Source: Candidatus Altimarinota bacterium (lineage in GTDB: Bacteria; Patescibacteriota; Gracilibacteria; UBA4473). Taken from it: a stretch of 64,000 nucleotides of DNA. The DNA is taken from assembly GCA_018608565.1 (NCBI GenBank), contig JABAZT010000023.1, forward strand, positions 901 to 64,900, read 5' to 3'. Positions within the stretch are counted from its first letter, which is position 1. The number at the start of each line of letters is the position of its first letter. The position numbers and the translations under genes were made by a program. A model generated the notes under the pieces. It was not told the DNA's origin, ran no database searches, and saw only the letters and a program-made list of their open reading frames with translations. Positions 28,415 through 36,681 of the stretch are shown here, in pieces.

Positions 28415-28480
28415 GTGGAGAGATAAAAAATATCGTGCCGGCAAATTTCAGATTAATATATAGGAAAAATTTACAGACAA

Positions 28481-28987
28481 ATGATAGACGGGGAAATGCA
28501 TTCTTTCTTGGATTATTTAGAACAATCATTTGATTGGAGTGTTGCCTTGCCTCGGTATACGGAACTTCCCAATATATCCGAAAACTATAGAGCAATTATG
28601 CCTCGGAAGAGTGAAGCGTATTTTAGAGATTTTGTCTTAGATTTAGTGATTATTAATGATGGATTTGACGATGATCATAATGCTCGATCTAAATTTTTAC
28701 ATGATCAGAGCGATTTATTTTATTCCTCGATAACCGGGAGTTCTAAATTGAGAGCAAATTCGTTCTGGTGGATGCAGAGTTTTACTTGTAATTTTTGTAG
28801 TGATGTTCATGATTTTTCTCCTCAGGTACGGCATTCTCTTTACGATTTGAGAAGTCGTTTTGGGGAAGTTTTTATACAATCTTACGATGACCTGGGTTTC
28901 TCTAAAAAAGTTGATTTTGTTTTGACCTTGGATGATATTATTTATGACTTATTTATTTTGTTGTCGGGATCTATCTCACAAAAATAA
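28481..28987 (+). CDS. Hypothetical protein
   Basis: 168-aa ORF, no motif recognised. Its 3' end overlaps the convergent yaaA end by 17 nt. Confidence 0.45.
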   Translation: MIDGEMHSFLDYLEQSFDWSVALPRYTELPNISENYRAIMPRKSEAYFRDFVLDLVIINDGFDDDHNARSKFLHDQSDLFYSSITGSSKLRANSFWWMQSFTCNFCSDVHDFSPQVRHSLYDLRSRFGEVFIQSYDDLGFSKKVDFVLTLDDIIYDLFILLSGSISQK

Positions 28988-29711
28988 ACTCTCCTTCCGT
29001 TGAATTTTGGGTATCAAACTGATAATCAGCTAGGTCAAAATTCTTCAAGTCTTCAGGTTCAGTGATTTTATTTTTCACCACATATCGAGTCATCAGTCCT
29101 CGGGCTTTTTTGGCATGAATGGCGATTATTTTTCTGATGCCATTTTTTTGTTCCTGAAACACAATGTCAATCGTTGGAATGTCAAGTTGATCAAAGTGTA
29201 CTACTTTAGAGTATTCCACAGAAGCCAGATTGATCACAACTTGATCTTCCAGGTTACTAATCAAATCCGTCACGAGACGCCCCCAGAATTCATAGAGATT
29301 CTTGCCTCTTGGGTTTTCCAGTTTGGTTCCCATCTCCAGTCGATAGGCATCGATCTGATCCAGAGGGCGGATCAGTCCATAGAGACCAGAGAGTACAGCT
29401 ATATGATCTTGAGCAAACAACACCTCTTCCTCTGTGAAATCCTGTGCCCCAAGTCCTCGGTACACATCTCCCGCAAAAGCCCAGAGGGCATGATGATTTC
29501 CTTTTGAGTTCCAGTTCTGATATCTTCCAACATTGAGATCAGCAATCTTTTCGCTGACTTTCATGAGTGACTGAATTTTCTCAGGACTATAGCCTTGGAG
29601 GATTTGTATCAGCTGAGTCGAATGATTTACGAGTCTAGGTTTAGTTATCTGATCAATAGTAGATTCAAAATCCAGATCAAAAGTCTTGGCGGGGGAAAGG
29701 AGGAGGAGCAT
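28971..29711 (-). CDS. yaaA: Peroxide stress protein YaaA (UPF0246/DUF328)
   Basis: 'MLLLLSPAKTFD' is the canonical YaaA N-terminus. I therefore start at ATG 29711 rather than the track start at 29774. Confidence 0.85.
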   Translation of the reverse strand: MLLLLSPAKTFDLDFESTIDQITKPRLVNHSTQLIQILQGYSPEKIQSLMKVSEKIADLNVGRYQNWNSKGNHHALWAFAGDVYRGLGAQDFTEEEVLFAQDHIAVLSGLYGLIRPLDQIDAYRLEMGTKLENPRGKNLYEFWGRLVTDLISNLEDQVVINLASVEYSKVVHFDQLDIPTIDIVFQEQKNGIRKIIAIHAKKARGLMTRYVVKNKITEPEDLKNFDLADYQFDTQNSTEGEFIFVR

Positions 29712-29825
29712 GGGGGAGGAGGTAGAAAGATTGAGAGGTAGGAAGTAAAAAAATAGAAATCTATTTTCGAGCAAAATATTATTTAGGATTCTAGTTTCGT
29801 CGAGAAATCTTCCGAATTGTGATTA

Positions 29826-30323
29826 TTACTCTTCCTTTATCTCGCTTACGAGCCAAACAGGGACTGCTTTTTCTGCGTCTCTAAGAAGGTTAATTACTTT
29901 TGAACGGTATGCTTCGGTTGGTACTAGTATAAAGTCACATAGTTCTATTTCTATTGGCCTGTAAATTCTAACTTCATAATTTTCTGTATATTCTTGAGTT
30001 TTTATTTTATAATTCGGTGATAGATTTGGGTATAGGAAATCTCTATTTCTTTCAAAATGCATTCCAACAGCTTTTACTACTCCAGTATCATGAGGAACTG
30101 ATTCGGGAAGTAATCCAAATGCATATTTTTCATCCTCACCATCAAGTGATGGAAGATGATTACAAATCATATCATGAAATCCTTTTACAGGCATCATAGA
30201 AAAGCATATACACGAAAAATCTCCATTATATGGAAGTCTTGGAGTTAGTCTGGATTTAATGTTGTATTCCATAGCTTGGGAATCACATCCATGCAGAAGT
30301 GTTCCCTCTAGTATCTTTCTCAT
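29826..30323 (-). CDS. Hypothetical protein
   Basis: 165-aa ORF, Cys/His-containing, no family recognised. Confidence 0.5.
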   Translation of the reverse strand: MRKILEGTLLHGCDSQAMEYNIKSRLTPRLPYNGDFSCICFSMMPVKGFHDMICNHLPSLDGEDEKYAFGLLPESVPHDTGVVKAVGMHFERNRDFLYPNLSPNYKIKTQEYTENYEVRIYRPIEIELCDFILVPTEAYRSKVINLLRDAEKAVPVWLVSEIKEE

Positions 30324-30374
30324 AAGACTCTTTTACTACTCTTTTCTGAAAAAGTAAATGTTTAGTGCAGGAAA

Positions 30375-32141
30375 CTACTCCTCTTCTTCCGGCAACACCT
30401 GAATATTCTGCTCATTCAATTCTTTCTCTGGCATTGGAGATGGAGATCCAAGCAATAGATCCTGAGCGGATTGATTTTTTGGAAATGCGATCACTTCTCG
30501 GATATTTGGTTCATCCGCAAAGAGCATCACTACTCGGTCGAGTCCCATCGCACATCCCCCATGTGGAGGACATCCGTATTGGAACGCTTTGATCAAGTGA
30601 CCAAATTTATTTTCAATTTCCTCATCACTCATTCCAAAGACTTCAAAAATTTCTTTTTGCAGCACAGGATCATGAATTCGTACAGATCCTCCTCCAAGCT
30701 CAACTCCATTGAGCACAATGTCGTAGGCATAGGCATTTACAGACATTGGATCAGATTTGAGTCGTTCGAGATCTTCCTTTTTTGGCATCGTAAATGGATG
30801 ATGCGCTGCCTGGATGGTCCCATCTTCTTTTTTCTCAAACATTGGGAAATCAACCACCCAAAGGTAAGCGAACTCATCCTGATTCCGAAGTTCAAATTTA
30901 TCCCCAACCGCGAGTCGGACTTGTCCAAGTGGTTCAGTCGCCTGAAGGAACGTTCCCGCTCCAAAGAAAATAAGATCCCCTTCATTAGCCTTCGTTTTTT
31001 CTACGAGTGTTTGGATAAATTCTGGGTTAGAGTTTTTCATCACTGGACCAGAATCCTCTCCAACTCGTACCCAAGCCAAACCTCCAGCTCCATGTTTTTG
31101 TGCCAACTTTGTCATTTTATCTATATCTTTTCGAGAGAGCTTTGTTCCATCTGGAACTGCCATCGCAAACAGTCGTTCACATCCTTCAAACACTCCAAAT
31201 CCACATCCAGATTTTTCTTCTGTCAGATCGGTGAATTCTAGTCCAAAACGAATATCTGGTTTATCAGAACCATAGAGGCTCATAGCTTCATCCCAACTAA
31301 TTCTTTTGAATTTTCCGTTATCGAGGAATTTCTTCCATTCTTTTTGTCCGGCACATTTATCTGTTAGATCATGAAAACAACCTTCGATCGTCTCCATTAT
31401 GTCTTCTTGGTCTACGAAAGCCATTTCGATCTCGAACTGCGTAAATTCTGGTTGTCGATCTCCTCGTAGATCTTCATCACGAAAACATCGAGCCACTTGG
31501 AAGTATTTATCCACTCCTCCATTGATCAGCAGTTGTTTGAGCTGCTGAGGGGACTGAGGAAGAACATAGAACTCTCCACGATGAAGCCGTGATGGTACGA
31601 GGTATTCCCGAGATCCTTCTGGCGTTCCTTTTACCATGATTGGAGTTTCTACCTCTAGAAATTCATGCGTATCAAAATAATCACGAATCGTCTTCGTCAT
31701 CTGGTGACGCAGTTTGAGGTTTTTTTGCATTCGTGGTTTTCGCAGGTCGAGGTATCGGTATTCGAGTCGGAGATCTTCTCGAATATCACTATCATGATCC
31801 ACTTCAAAAGGAGGTGTTTTGGCTTCGTTTAGAATCTCAATTTCACTCACTATCAACTCTATCTGTCCAGTATCAAGTCGTGGGTTTTCGAGTTCATCCC
31901 CTCGATGTCGAACCGTTCCCGTAACTTGGATGACCCATTCAGACCGAACCCGTTCAGCACGAGCGTGTGCGTCAGATCCATGAGTTGGATCAAACACAAT
32001 CTGAGTAATCCCATAGCTGTCTCGTAAATCTACAAAAATAATTCCTCCGTGATCTCGGCGATTATTTACCCATCCAGTAAGGGTTACGGTTTGATCGATA
32101 TGATCTTTACGTAGCTCGTTGTTGGTATGGGTGCGTAACAT
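30375..32141 (-). CDS. aspS: Aspartate--tRNA ligase (bacterial type)
   Basis: 'MLRTHTNNELRKDHIDQTVTLTGWVNNRRDHGGIIFVDLRDSYGITQIVF', class II motifs 'FRDEDLRGDRQPEFTQ' and 'GGCAMGLDRVVML'. 588 aa. Confidence 0.95.
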   Translation of the reverse strand: MLRTHTNNELRKDHIDQTVTLTGWVNNRRDHGGIIFVDLRDSYGITQIVFDPTHGSDAHARAERVRSEWVIQVTGTVRHRGDELENPRLDTGQIELIVSEIEILNEAKTPPFEVDHDSDIREDLRLEYRYLDLRKPRMQKNLKLRHQMTKTIRDYFDTHEFLEVETPIMVKGTPEGSREYLVPSRLHRGEFYVLPQSPQQLKQLLINGGVDKYFQVARCFRDEDLRGDRQPEFTQFEIEMAFVDQEDIMETIEGCFHDLTDKCAGQKEWKKFLDNGKFKRISWDEAMSLYGSDKPDIRFGLEFTDLTEEKSGCGFGVFEGCERLFAMAVPDGTKLSRKDIDKMTKLAQKHGAGGLAWVRVGEDSGPVMKNSNPEFIQTLVEKTKANEGDLIFFGAGTFLQATEPLGQVRLAVGDKFELRNQDEFAYLWVVDFPMFEKKEDGTIQAAHHPFTMPKKEDLERLKSDPMSVNAYAYDIVLNGVELGGGSVRIHDPVLQKEIFEVFGMSDEEIENKFGHLIKAFQYGCPPHGGCAMGLDRVVMLFADEPNIREVIAFPKNQSAQDLLLGSPSPMPEKELNEQNIQVLPEEEE

Positions 32142-32223
32142 GAGAAAAAAGGGTTATATAGCTGACCGATTGTGATTAGATGTCAAAAAAATGCAAACAA
32201 ACACATAAGTTTTGAAAAGAGTG

Positions 32224-32862
32224 CTATCTATTGCCTTGATCATCGACCAAACCCATAGATATAATTTTATCGCCTTCAAGAGTGTGAGTGATTGGTTTTA
32301 TTTCTTGAGGGTTTATACCGCATTCACTGATATCATGGGGAAAATCATAGTCATAAAGAGAAGTAAAAGGATTATCCTCAAAGTCTAAAGGATCCAGTGT
32401 ATCGATAAGAATCAAAAAGAGTTCATAAAAATCATAAGTAAAAACCGTATCAATAAATTCCGTGCTACCACCATAGTGAGCATTTATAGTTCCAATCGTG
32501 AGGTGTACTGGAATAACAACTCCAGGGACGATGATGCTTAGAGGAGAATCTTTAAGAGTCCATTTTGTAGCTTGTTTTATTTTTTCACCGGTAGTGTGAA
32601 GCACTTCTTTGAGAGAATTACGCCATGTTTTTTCTTCCTGAGTATTTGCGGCACTACTCTGCGACCTTCCTAGTCCTTTATCGAGCATTTCCCCCATGGA
32701 TCCCTTTTTTAGATCGGAGCTGGATTGAGGGTCAGAGCTACGAGGCACAAAGATTTTAGGCGTAGATTCAGCCCCTCGCGTCTGAGCATGAGCAATCCAA
32801 TGAGTTTTGGATCGATCATGTCGTATGTAGGATCTTGATCCTAAGCGTGGAGCTTTTGTCAT
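32224..32862 (-). CDS. Hypothetical protein
   Basis: 212-aa ORF, no family recognised. Confidence 0.5.
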   Translation of the reverse strand: MTKAPRLGSRSYIRHDRSKTHWIAHAQTRGAESTPKIFVPRSSDPQSSSDLKKGSMGEMLDKGLGRSQSSAANTQEEKTWRNSLKEVLHTTGEKIKQATKWTLKDSPLSIIVPGVVIPVHLTIGTINAHYGGSTEFIDTVFTYDFYELFLILIDTLDPLDFEDNPFTSLYDYDFPHDISECGINPQEIKPITHTLEGDKIISMGLVDDQGNR

Positions 32863-32951
32863 TTACTAGTATGATTAGTTAATTATAGGAGAATGACAAG
32901 TGATGCTTCATGAAAATTTTTGATTTTGATTTTTCAGGCTAAGATTAAAAT

Positions 32952-33542
32952 ATGTTTACTGGAATTATTGAGCAAATCGGAATCATAAAAAAAATAGAAG
33001 GAAATCTATTTACAATATCACATTCTTTTGAGGAAGGATTTGAAATAGGAGAATCCATAGCACTCAACGGAATGTGTGGAACAATACTTGGGTTTGATAA
33101 AAATACATTCTTCATAGAAATCATAGAAGAGTCACGACGATTGACGACATTTGGAGGTGCGAAGGAGGAAGATCCGGTAAATCTAGAGCGTGCAGCAATC
33201 ATCGGAGGAAGAAACTCAGGACACAATGTTACCGGGCATATTGATCAGACAGGAGAAATAGAAAAACTAGAACGATCAGGGGATTACTGGCTAATCCGTA
33301 TTGTGATCGATTCACAAAATAGAAAGCTCGTAGTACACAAAGGATCAATAGCTTTAGAGGGTATTTCTCTAACGGTTTCTGGGGTTTCTGAGATCAAAGA
33401 GAGTCAAGCTTGGTTTGAGGTCTCGATCATCTCCCATACATGGGAAGTGACAAACCTAAATACAAAAAAAATAGGAAGTCCTATGAATTTAGAGTTTGAT
33501 ATCTATGGGAAATACGTGATAAATAAGATAGAAGATGAATAA
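32952..33542 (+). CDS. ribE: Riboflavin synthase (alpha chain)
   Basis: 'MFTGIIEQIGIIKKIE' and the internal repeat 'SIALNGMCGT' / 'SIALEGISLT' are typical of the two-barrel riboflavin synthase. Confidence 0.9.
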   Translation: MFTGIIEQIGIIKKIEGNLFTISHSFEEGFEIGESIALNGMCGTILGFDKNTFFIEIIEESRRLTTFGGAKEEDPVNLERAAIIGGRNSGHNVTGHIDQTGEIEKLERSGDYWLIRIVIDSQNRKLVVHKGSIALEGISLTVSGVSEIKESQAWFEVSIISHTWEVTNLNTKKIGSPMNLEFDIYGKYVINKIEDE

Positions 33543-34557
33543 ATTTCTCCAGCGAGCATTCGAAATCGCATCACAAGTAGATCCGCACTCTGTTACCCCC
33601 AATCCTCGGGTAGGATGTGTGATTGTGAGAAATGGAGCAATCGTGGAAGAAGGTGTACATGAAAAATTTGGTGGAGGACATGCAGAAGTAAATGCTATTG
33701 AAAATTTACAGAAGTCCCCCTTGTCAAAGGGGGATTTAGGGGGATTTCTCTCCGACTGCCAAGTCTATGTGACATTAGAGCCTTGTGATTGTTTCTCTGG
33801 AAAGAAAACAGGGGCGTGTGTGGATTTACTGATTAAATACAAACCAAAGAAGGTTGTTATTGGATCGCTTGATCCAACGTTTGGAGGGCGAAGTGTGAAC
33901 AAAATGGAAAAAGCAGGAATTCTCATAGAGATGCCAACCGCTAACAGCCAAAAGCTACAAGCAGACTTGAATCCCTTCTTTGATCACTATCAAAAAAATA
34001 AAAAACCCGGGATCACACTTAAGATTGGACAATCACTCGATGGAAAAATAACAGGAGGCAATCCATATATAACGAATCAGTCATCACTCAAAAAAGTGCA
34101 TCAGATGCGAGCGGCCTATTCCGTGATCTTGACCACAACAGAAACCGTACTAGAGGATGATCCTCGGCTTGATACTCGGTTTGATATGGGAACCAATGCC
34201 GACATTATCATCCTTGGAAAACGAGAAATTCCCGAAACGGCTAAAATTTGGCAGATCGAAAATAGAAACATTCATCAGTTTGCGACATTGGATGAATTTT
34301 TAGAAAGTGAAATTTACACACAAATAGACTCGATCATGACTGAAAGCGGGGCTGAGATGAATACGCTCTTGGTTGATCGAGGAATGGTAGATCAGATTGA
34401 TTTTTTTGTTGCTCCACAGATTATCGGAAATACAGAAAAACAGAACTTTGAAAAAGAAATAAATTTAGAAGACTTTCAGCTGAGAGTAAGCGAATCACGA
34501 GAAGGCGATTTGTGGTTACAATATATAAAAAATACTACAAAGACTCCTTCAGTTTAA
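33535..34557 (+). CDS. ribD: Bifunctional riboflavin biosynthesis protein RibD (pyrimidine deaminase / uracil reductase)
   Basis: Deaminase 'GGGHAEVNAI' ... 'YVTLEPC'. A reductase half follows ('ITLKIGQSLDGKI', 'VILTTTETVLEDDPRL'). It overlaps ribE by 8 nt and contains a 10-codon GC-rich insert (see findings). Confidence 0.85.
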   Translation: MNKFLQRAFEIASQVDPHSVTPNPRVGCVIVRNGAIVEEGVHEKFGGGHAEVNAIENLQKSPLSKGDLGGFLSDCQVYVTLEPCDCFSGKKTGACVDLLIKYKPKKVVIGSLDPTFGGRSVNKMEKAGILIEMPTANSQKLQADLNPFFDHYQKNKKPGITLKIGQSLDGKITGGNPYITNQSSLKKVHQMRAAYSVILTTTETVLEDDPRLDTRFDMGTNADIIILGKREIPETAKIWQIENRNIHQFATLDEFLESEIYTQIDSIMTESGAEMNTLLVDRGMVDQIDFFVAPQIIGNTEKQNFEKEINLEDFQLRVSESREGDLWLQYIKNTTKTPSV

Positions 34558-34849
34558 ATAAATAATCATTCCATCCAGGTTCTATATCAACATCAGGAAT
34601 CCTATCACCTCGTTCTTGGGCGAGGACAATAAGTGCAACACGCATCCCCCAAGATTGAAGGTAGCAGGAAAGGTTTGTGCTTCCTTTTAGATATGCCTGG
34701 ACATTATTCCATGTTTTTTGGGTATGTGTTTGTAGTATTAAAGCCGCTTGATCATAGTTGATAGTATCAATTATTGGCGAATTTGTTGCGATCAAAACAT
34801 TATAAAATCCTCTTTCAAATATGAGCCAATCTTCTTCAGGTAATTGCAT
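34535..34849 (-). CDS. Hypothetical protein
   Basis: 104-aa ORF immediately downstream of the MBL gene on the same strand (2-nt gap). No family recognised. Confidence 0.45.
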   Translation of the reverse strand: MQLPEEDWLIFERGFYNVLIATNSPIIDTINYDQAALILQTHTQKTWNNVQAYLKGSTNLSCYLQSWGMRVALIVLAQERGDRIPDVDIEPGWNDYLFKLKESL

Positions 34850-34851
34850 AA

Positions 34852-35493
34852 CTATAAAAAGATAATCGGTCCATGACCGGGAATAATAAAGTCTGGTTTT
34901 TGATCGAGAATTTTTTGTGCACTGGCTCGATAGAGTTCAGCATCGTATGCATACGGGATTTTTTCTAGATTGCTCTCGATCACGACTTGGTTGATGGCAT
35001 CACCAGAAACGATTACGTTTTTCCCTTCCAGATGTATTAATTCATTATTGATTAGATGTATTCCCTCTGCCCCTTCTATGATAAAAGAATTCATACATTC
35101 ATCATGACCAGGGGTTCTGATAGCAGAGATTCCTTTTATAGGGATTTCAAGTGGCCCCGCATTTAGGTCATTGGTTAGGCATTTTGTCTCTCCTGATTTC
35201 CAGTCATGAGACCAGGCAAGGAGTTGTGCCTGCGGGAAGAGGGCAACATGATACGAATGATCCAGATGCAGATGGGTTAGGAGCACAATATCAATATCTA
35301 AAACATCGATTCCAATTTGTTTGAGTCTTTTTGTCGTTTCTTCCCAAGTCCCTCTTGCACCGGTATCAATCAGGATGTTTTTATCTTCCGACTGGACGAG
35401 TGTTACCGATCCTGTATGTCCAGGCAGTACCGTCAGATTATTTTCATCTTTATGGTGATCGTGGCGACCTTCGATGATTTGGTAGATTTTCAT
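34852..35493 (-). CDS. MBL-fold metallo-hydrolase
   Basis: 'LLTHLHLDHSYH' (HxHxDH) and 'TPGHD'. I start at ATG 35493 ('MKIYQIIEG') rather than the track start at 35571. Confidence 0.8.
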   Translation of the reverse strand: MKIYQIIEGRHDHHKDENNLTVLPGHTGSVTLVQSEDKNILIDTGARGTWEETTKRLKQIGIDVLDIDIVLLTHLHLDHSYHVALFPQAQLLAWSHDWKSGETKCLTNDLNAGPLEIPIKGISAIRTPGHDECMNSFIIEGAEGIHLINNELIHLEGKNVIVSGDAINQVVIESNLEKIPYAYDAELYRASAQKILDQKPDFIIPGHGPIIFL

Positions 35494-35560
35494 AATTATT
35501 CTTTTACAGAACTTGATAGATTTACTTATACTGGGTACGAAGAAATTAAAAAGTGCTTTT

Positions 35561-36019
35561 ATGTCCCACATTCATATCGTCTACGGAACCACAGGAGGAA
35601 ACACAGACCTCGTCACTGATATGGTGCGGATCGTCTTAGAAGAAAACGGACATACGGTTACCCGAGAAAAAGCAGAAGTCGCAGACCTAGATAGGCTCAA
35701 GACAAATGATTGTCTTATTTTGGCTTCGCCAACGTACGGACATGGACAGTTAGAGGATCATTTTATACGCACTTTCTGGAAAGAGGTACACAAGATTGAT
35801 TTGGATTTAACTAATCACAAATGTGCCGTCATCGGACTCGGAGATCCGAAGTATGATGCAGACTATAACATTGAGTCTGCTATTATTCTTCAAGGGTTTA
35901 TGGAAGAGAGAGGAGGGAAAATGATAGTAGGGAATTTGGCAATTAATCGGTCACCAATTCCTCAACTGGAAACAAAAGTCAGAGATTGGGCAGAATTACT
36001 AGGAAGTAGTTTGACATAA
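35561..36019 (+). CDS. Flavodoxin (short-chain)
   Basis: 'MSHIHIVYGTTGGNTDLV' (FMN phosphate loop T-x-T-G-x-T) and 'ILASPTYGHG'. Start taken at ATG 35561. Confidence 0.8.
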   Translation: MSHIHIVYGTTGGNTDLVTDMVRIVLEENGHTVTREKAEVADLDRLKTNDCLILASPTYGHGQLEDHFIRTFWKEVHKIDLDLTNHKCAVIGLGDPKYDADYNIESAIILQGFMEERGGKMIVGNLAINRSPIPQLETKVRDWAELLGSSLT

Positions 36020-36068
36020 TGATGAAAAAATGTTATTATGATTTATAATTTATTGAAAACACTGAAAT

Positions 36069-36551
36069 ATGAAACATTTATTTAACACAAGACCAACTCT
36101 TAATAAGTTTATCTTTATGATGCCACATAAGGATCTAGCTGATCCAGAGTCAAGAAAATATAAGGGAGAGACAGTTAAGATAAAGATTGACTCATCAGAA
36201 GGAGAAACTCGAGTGGGTCAAAAAACCGAGAGTGTGAGAGGCAAAATTTTTATGAAAGGAGATCCAAGTCAGGAACGTGGAGATATAAAGGAAGAGGATC
36301 TCAAGGTTGCGCCTGATCGAGCGAGAAGTGTTACTGGCTCTATACCACCCCCTCCAAGATATAAGCCTGAAGAAGCCATTCCCCTGATGAGCGCGCCGCT
36401 CAGACCAGGGGTCATACCGCCTCCGCCAAGTCGTACTGGATCTCCAAGCAGAAATGGAGAACCTCCTTCAATCGGACCAATACCACCCGTGCCGACTAGA
36501 TCAGATACTACTCTCAGGGAACTAGATGATGATGAGGCATTGTGGGGCTAA
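36069..36551 (+). CDS. Proline-rich hypothetical protein
   Basis: 160-aa ORF. The C-terminal half reads 'SIPPPPRYKPEE...RPGVIPPPPSRTGSPSRNGEPPSIGPIPPVPTRSD'. A terminator follows. Confidence 0.5.
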   Translation: MKHLFNTRPTLNKFIFMMPHKDLADPESRKYKGETVKIKIDSSEGETRVGQKTESVRGKIFMKGDPSQERGDIKEEDLKVAPDRARSVTGSIPPPPRYKPEEAIPLMSAPLRPGVIPPPPSRTGSPSRNGEPPSIGPIPPVPTRSDTTLRELDDDEALWG

Positions 36552-36603
36552 TAGTCCTAAATAAAAAAAATAACAGTTTAAATATTGTTTTGAAACATTG
36601 AAA

Positions 36604-36635
36604 AACTCTGACGCTCAGCTCAGAGTTTTTTTTGT
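36604..36635 (+). terminator. Rho-independent terminator
   Basis: AACTCTGA / TCAGAGTT stem, 8-nt loop, then TTTTTTTT. Confidence 0.7.
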
Positions 36636-36681
36636 TTTTTCAGGTTTAATTATAAACAAATTTGTCTACACTAATGAGCAG

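Noticed and set aside
30471-31241. 256-aa ORF on the plus strand
   Set aside because: It lies entirely antisense within the very well-supported aspS gene. Its sequence is low-complexity (Ser/Phe/Ile-rich) with no motif. It is a typical shadow ORF.
32863-32951. Possible FMN riboswitch upstream of ribE-ribD
   Set aside because: The intergenic region is only 89 nt and AT-rich. It lacks the conserved GC-rich FMN-element cores, so it is too short and too dissimilar.
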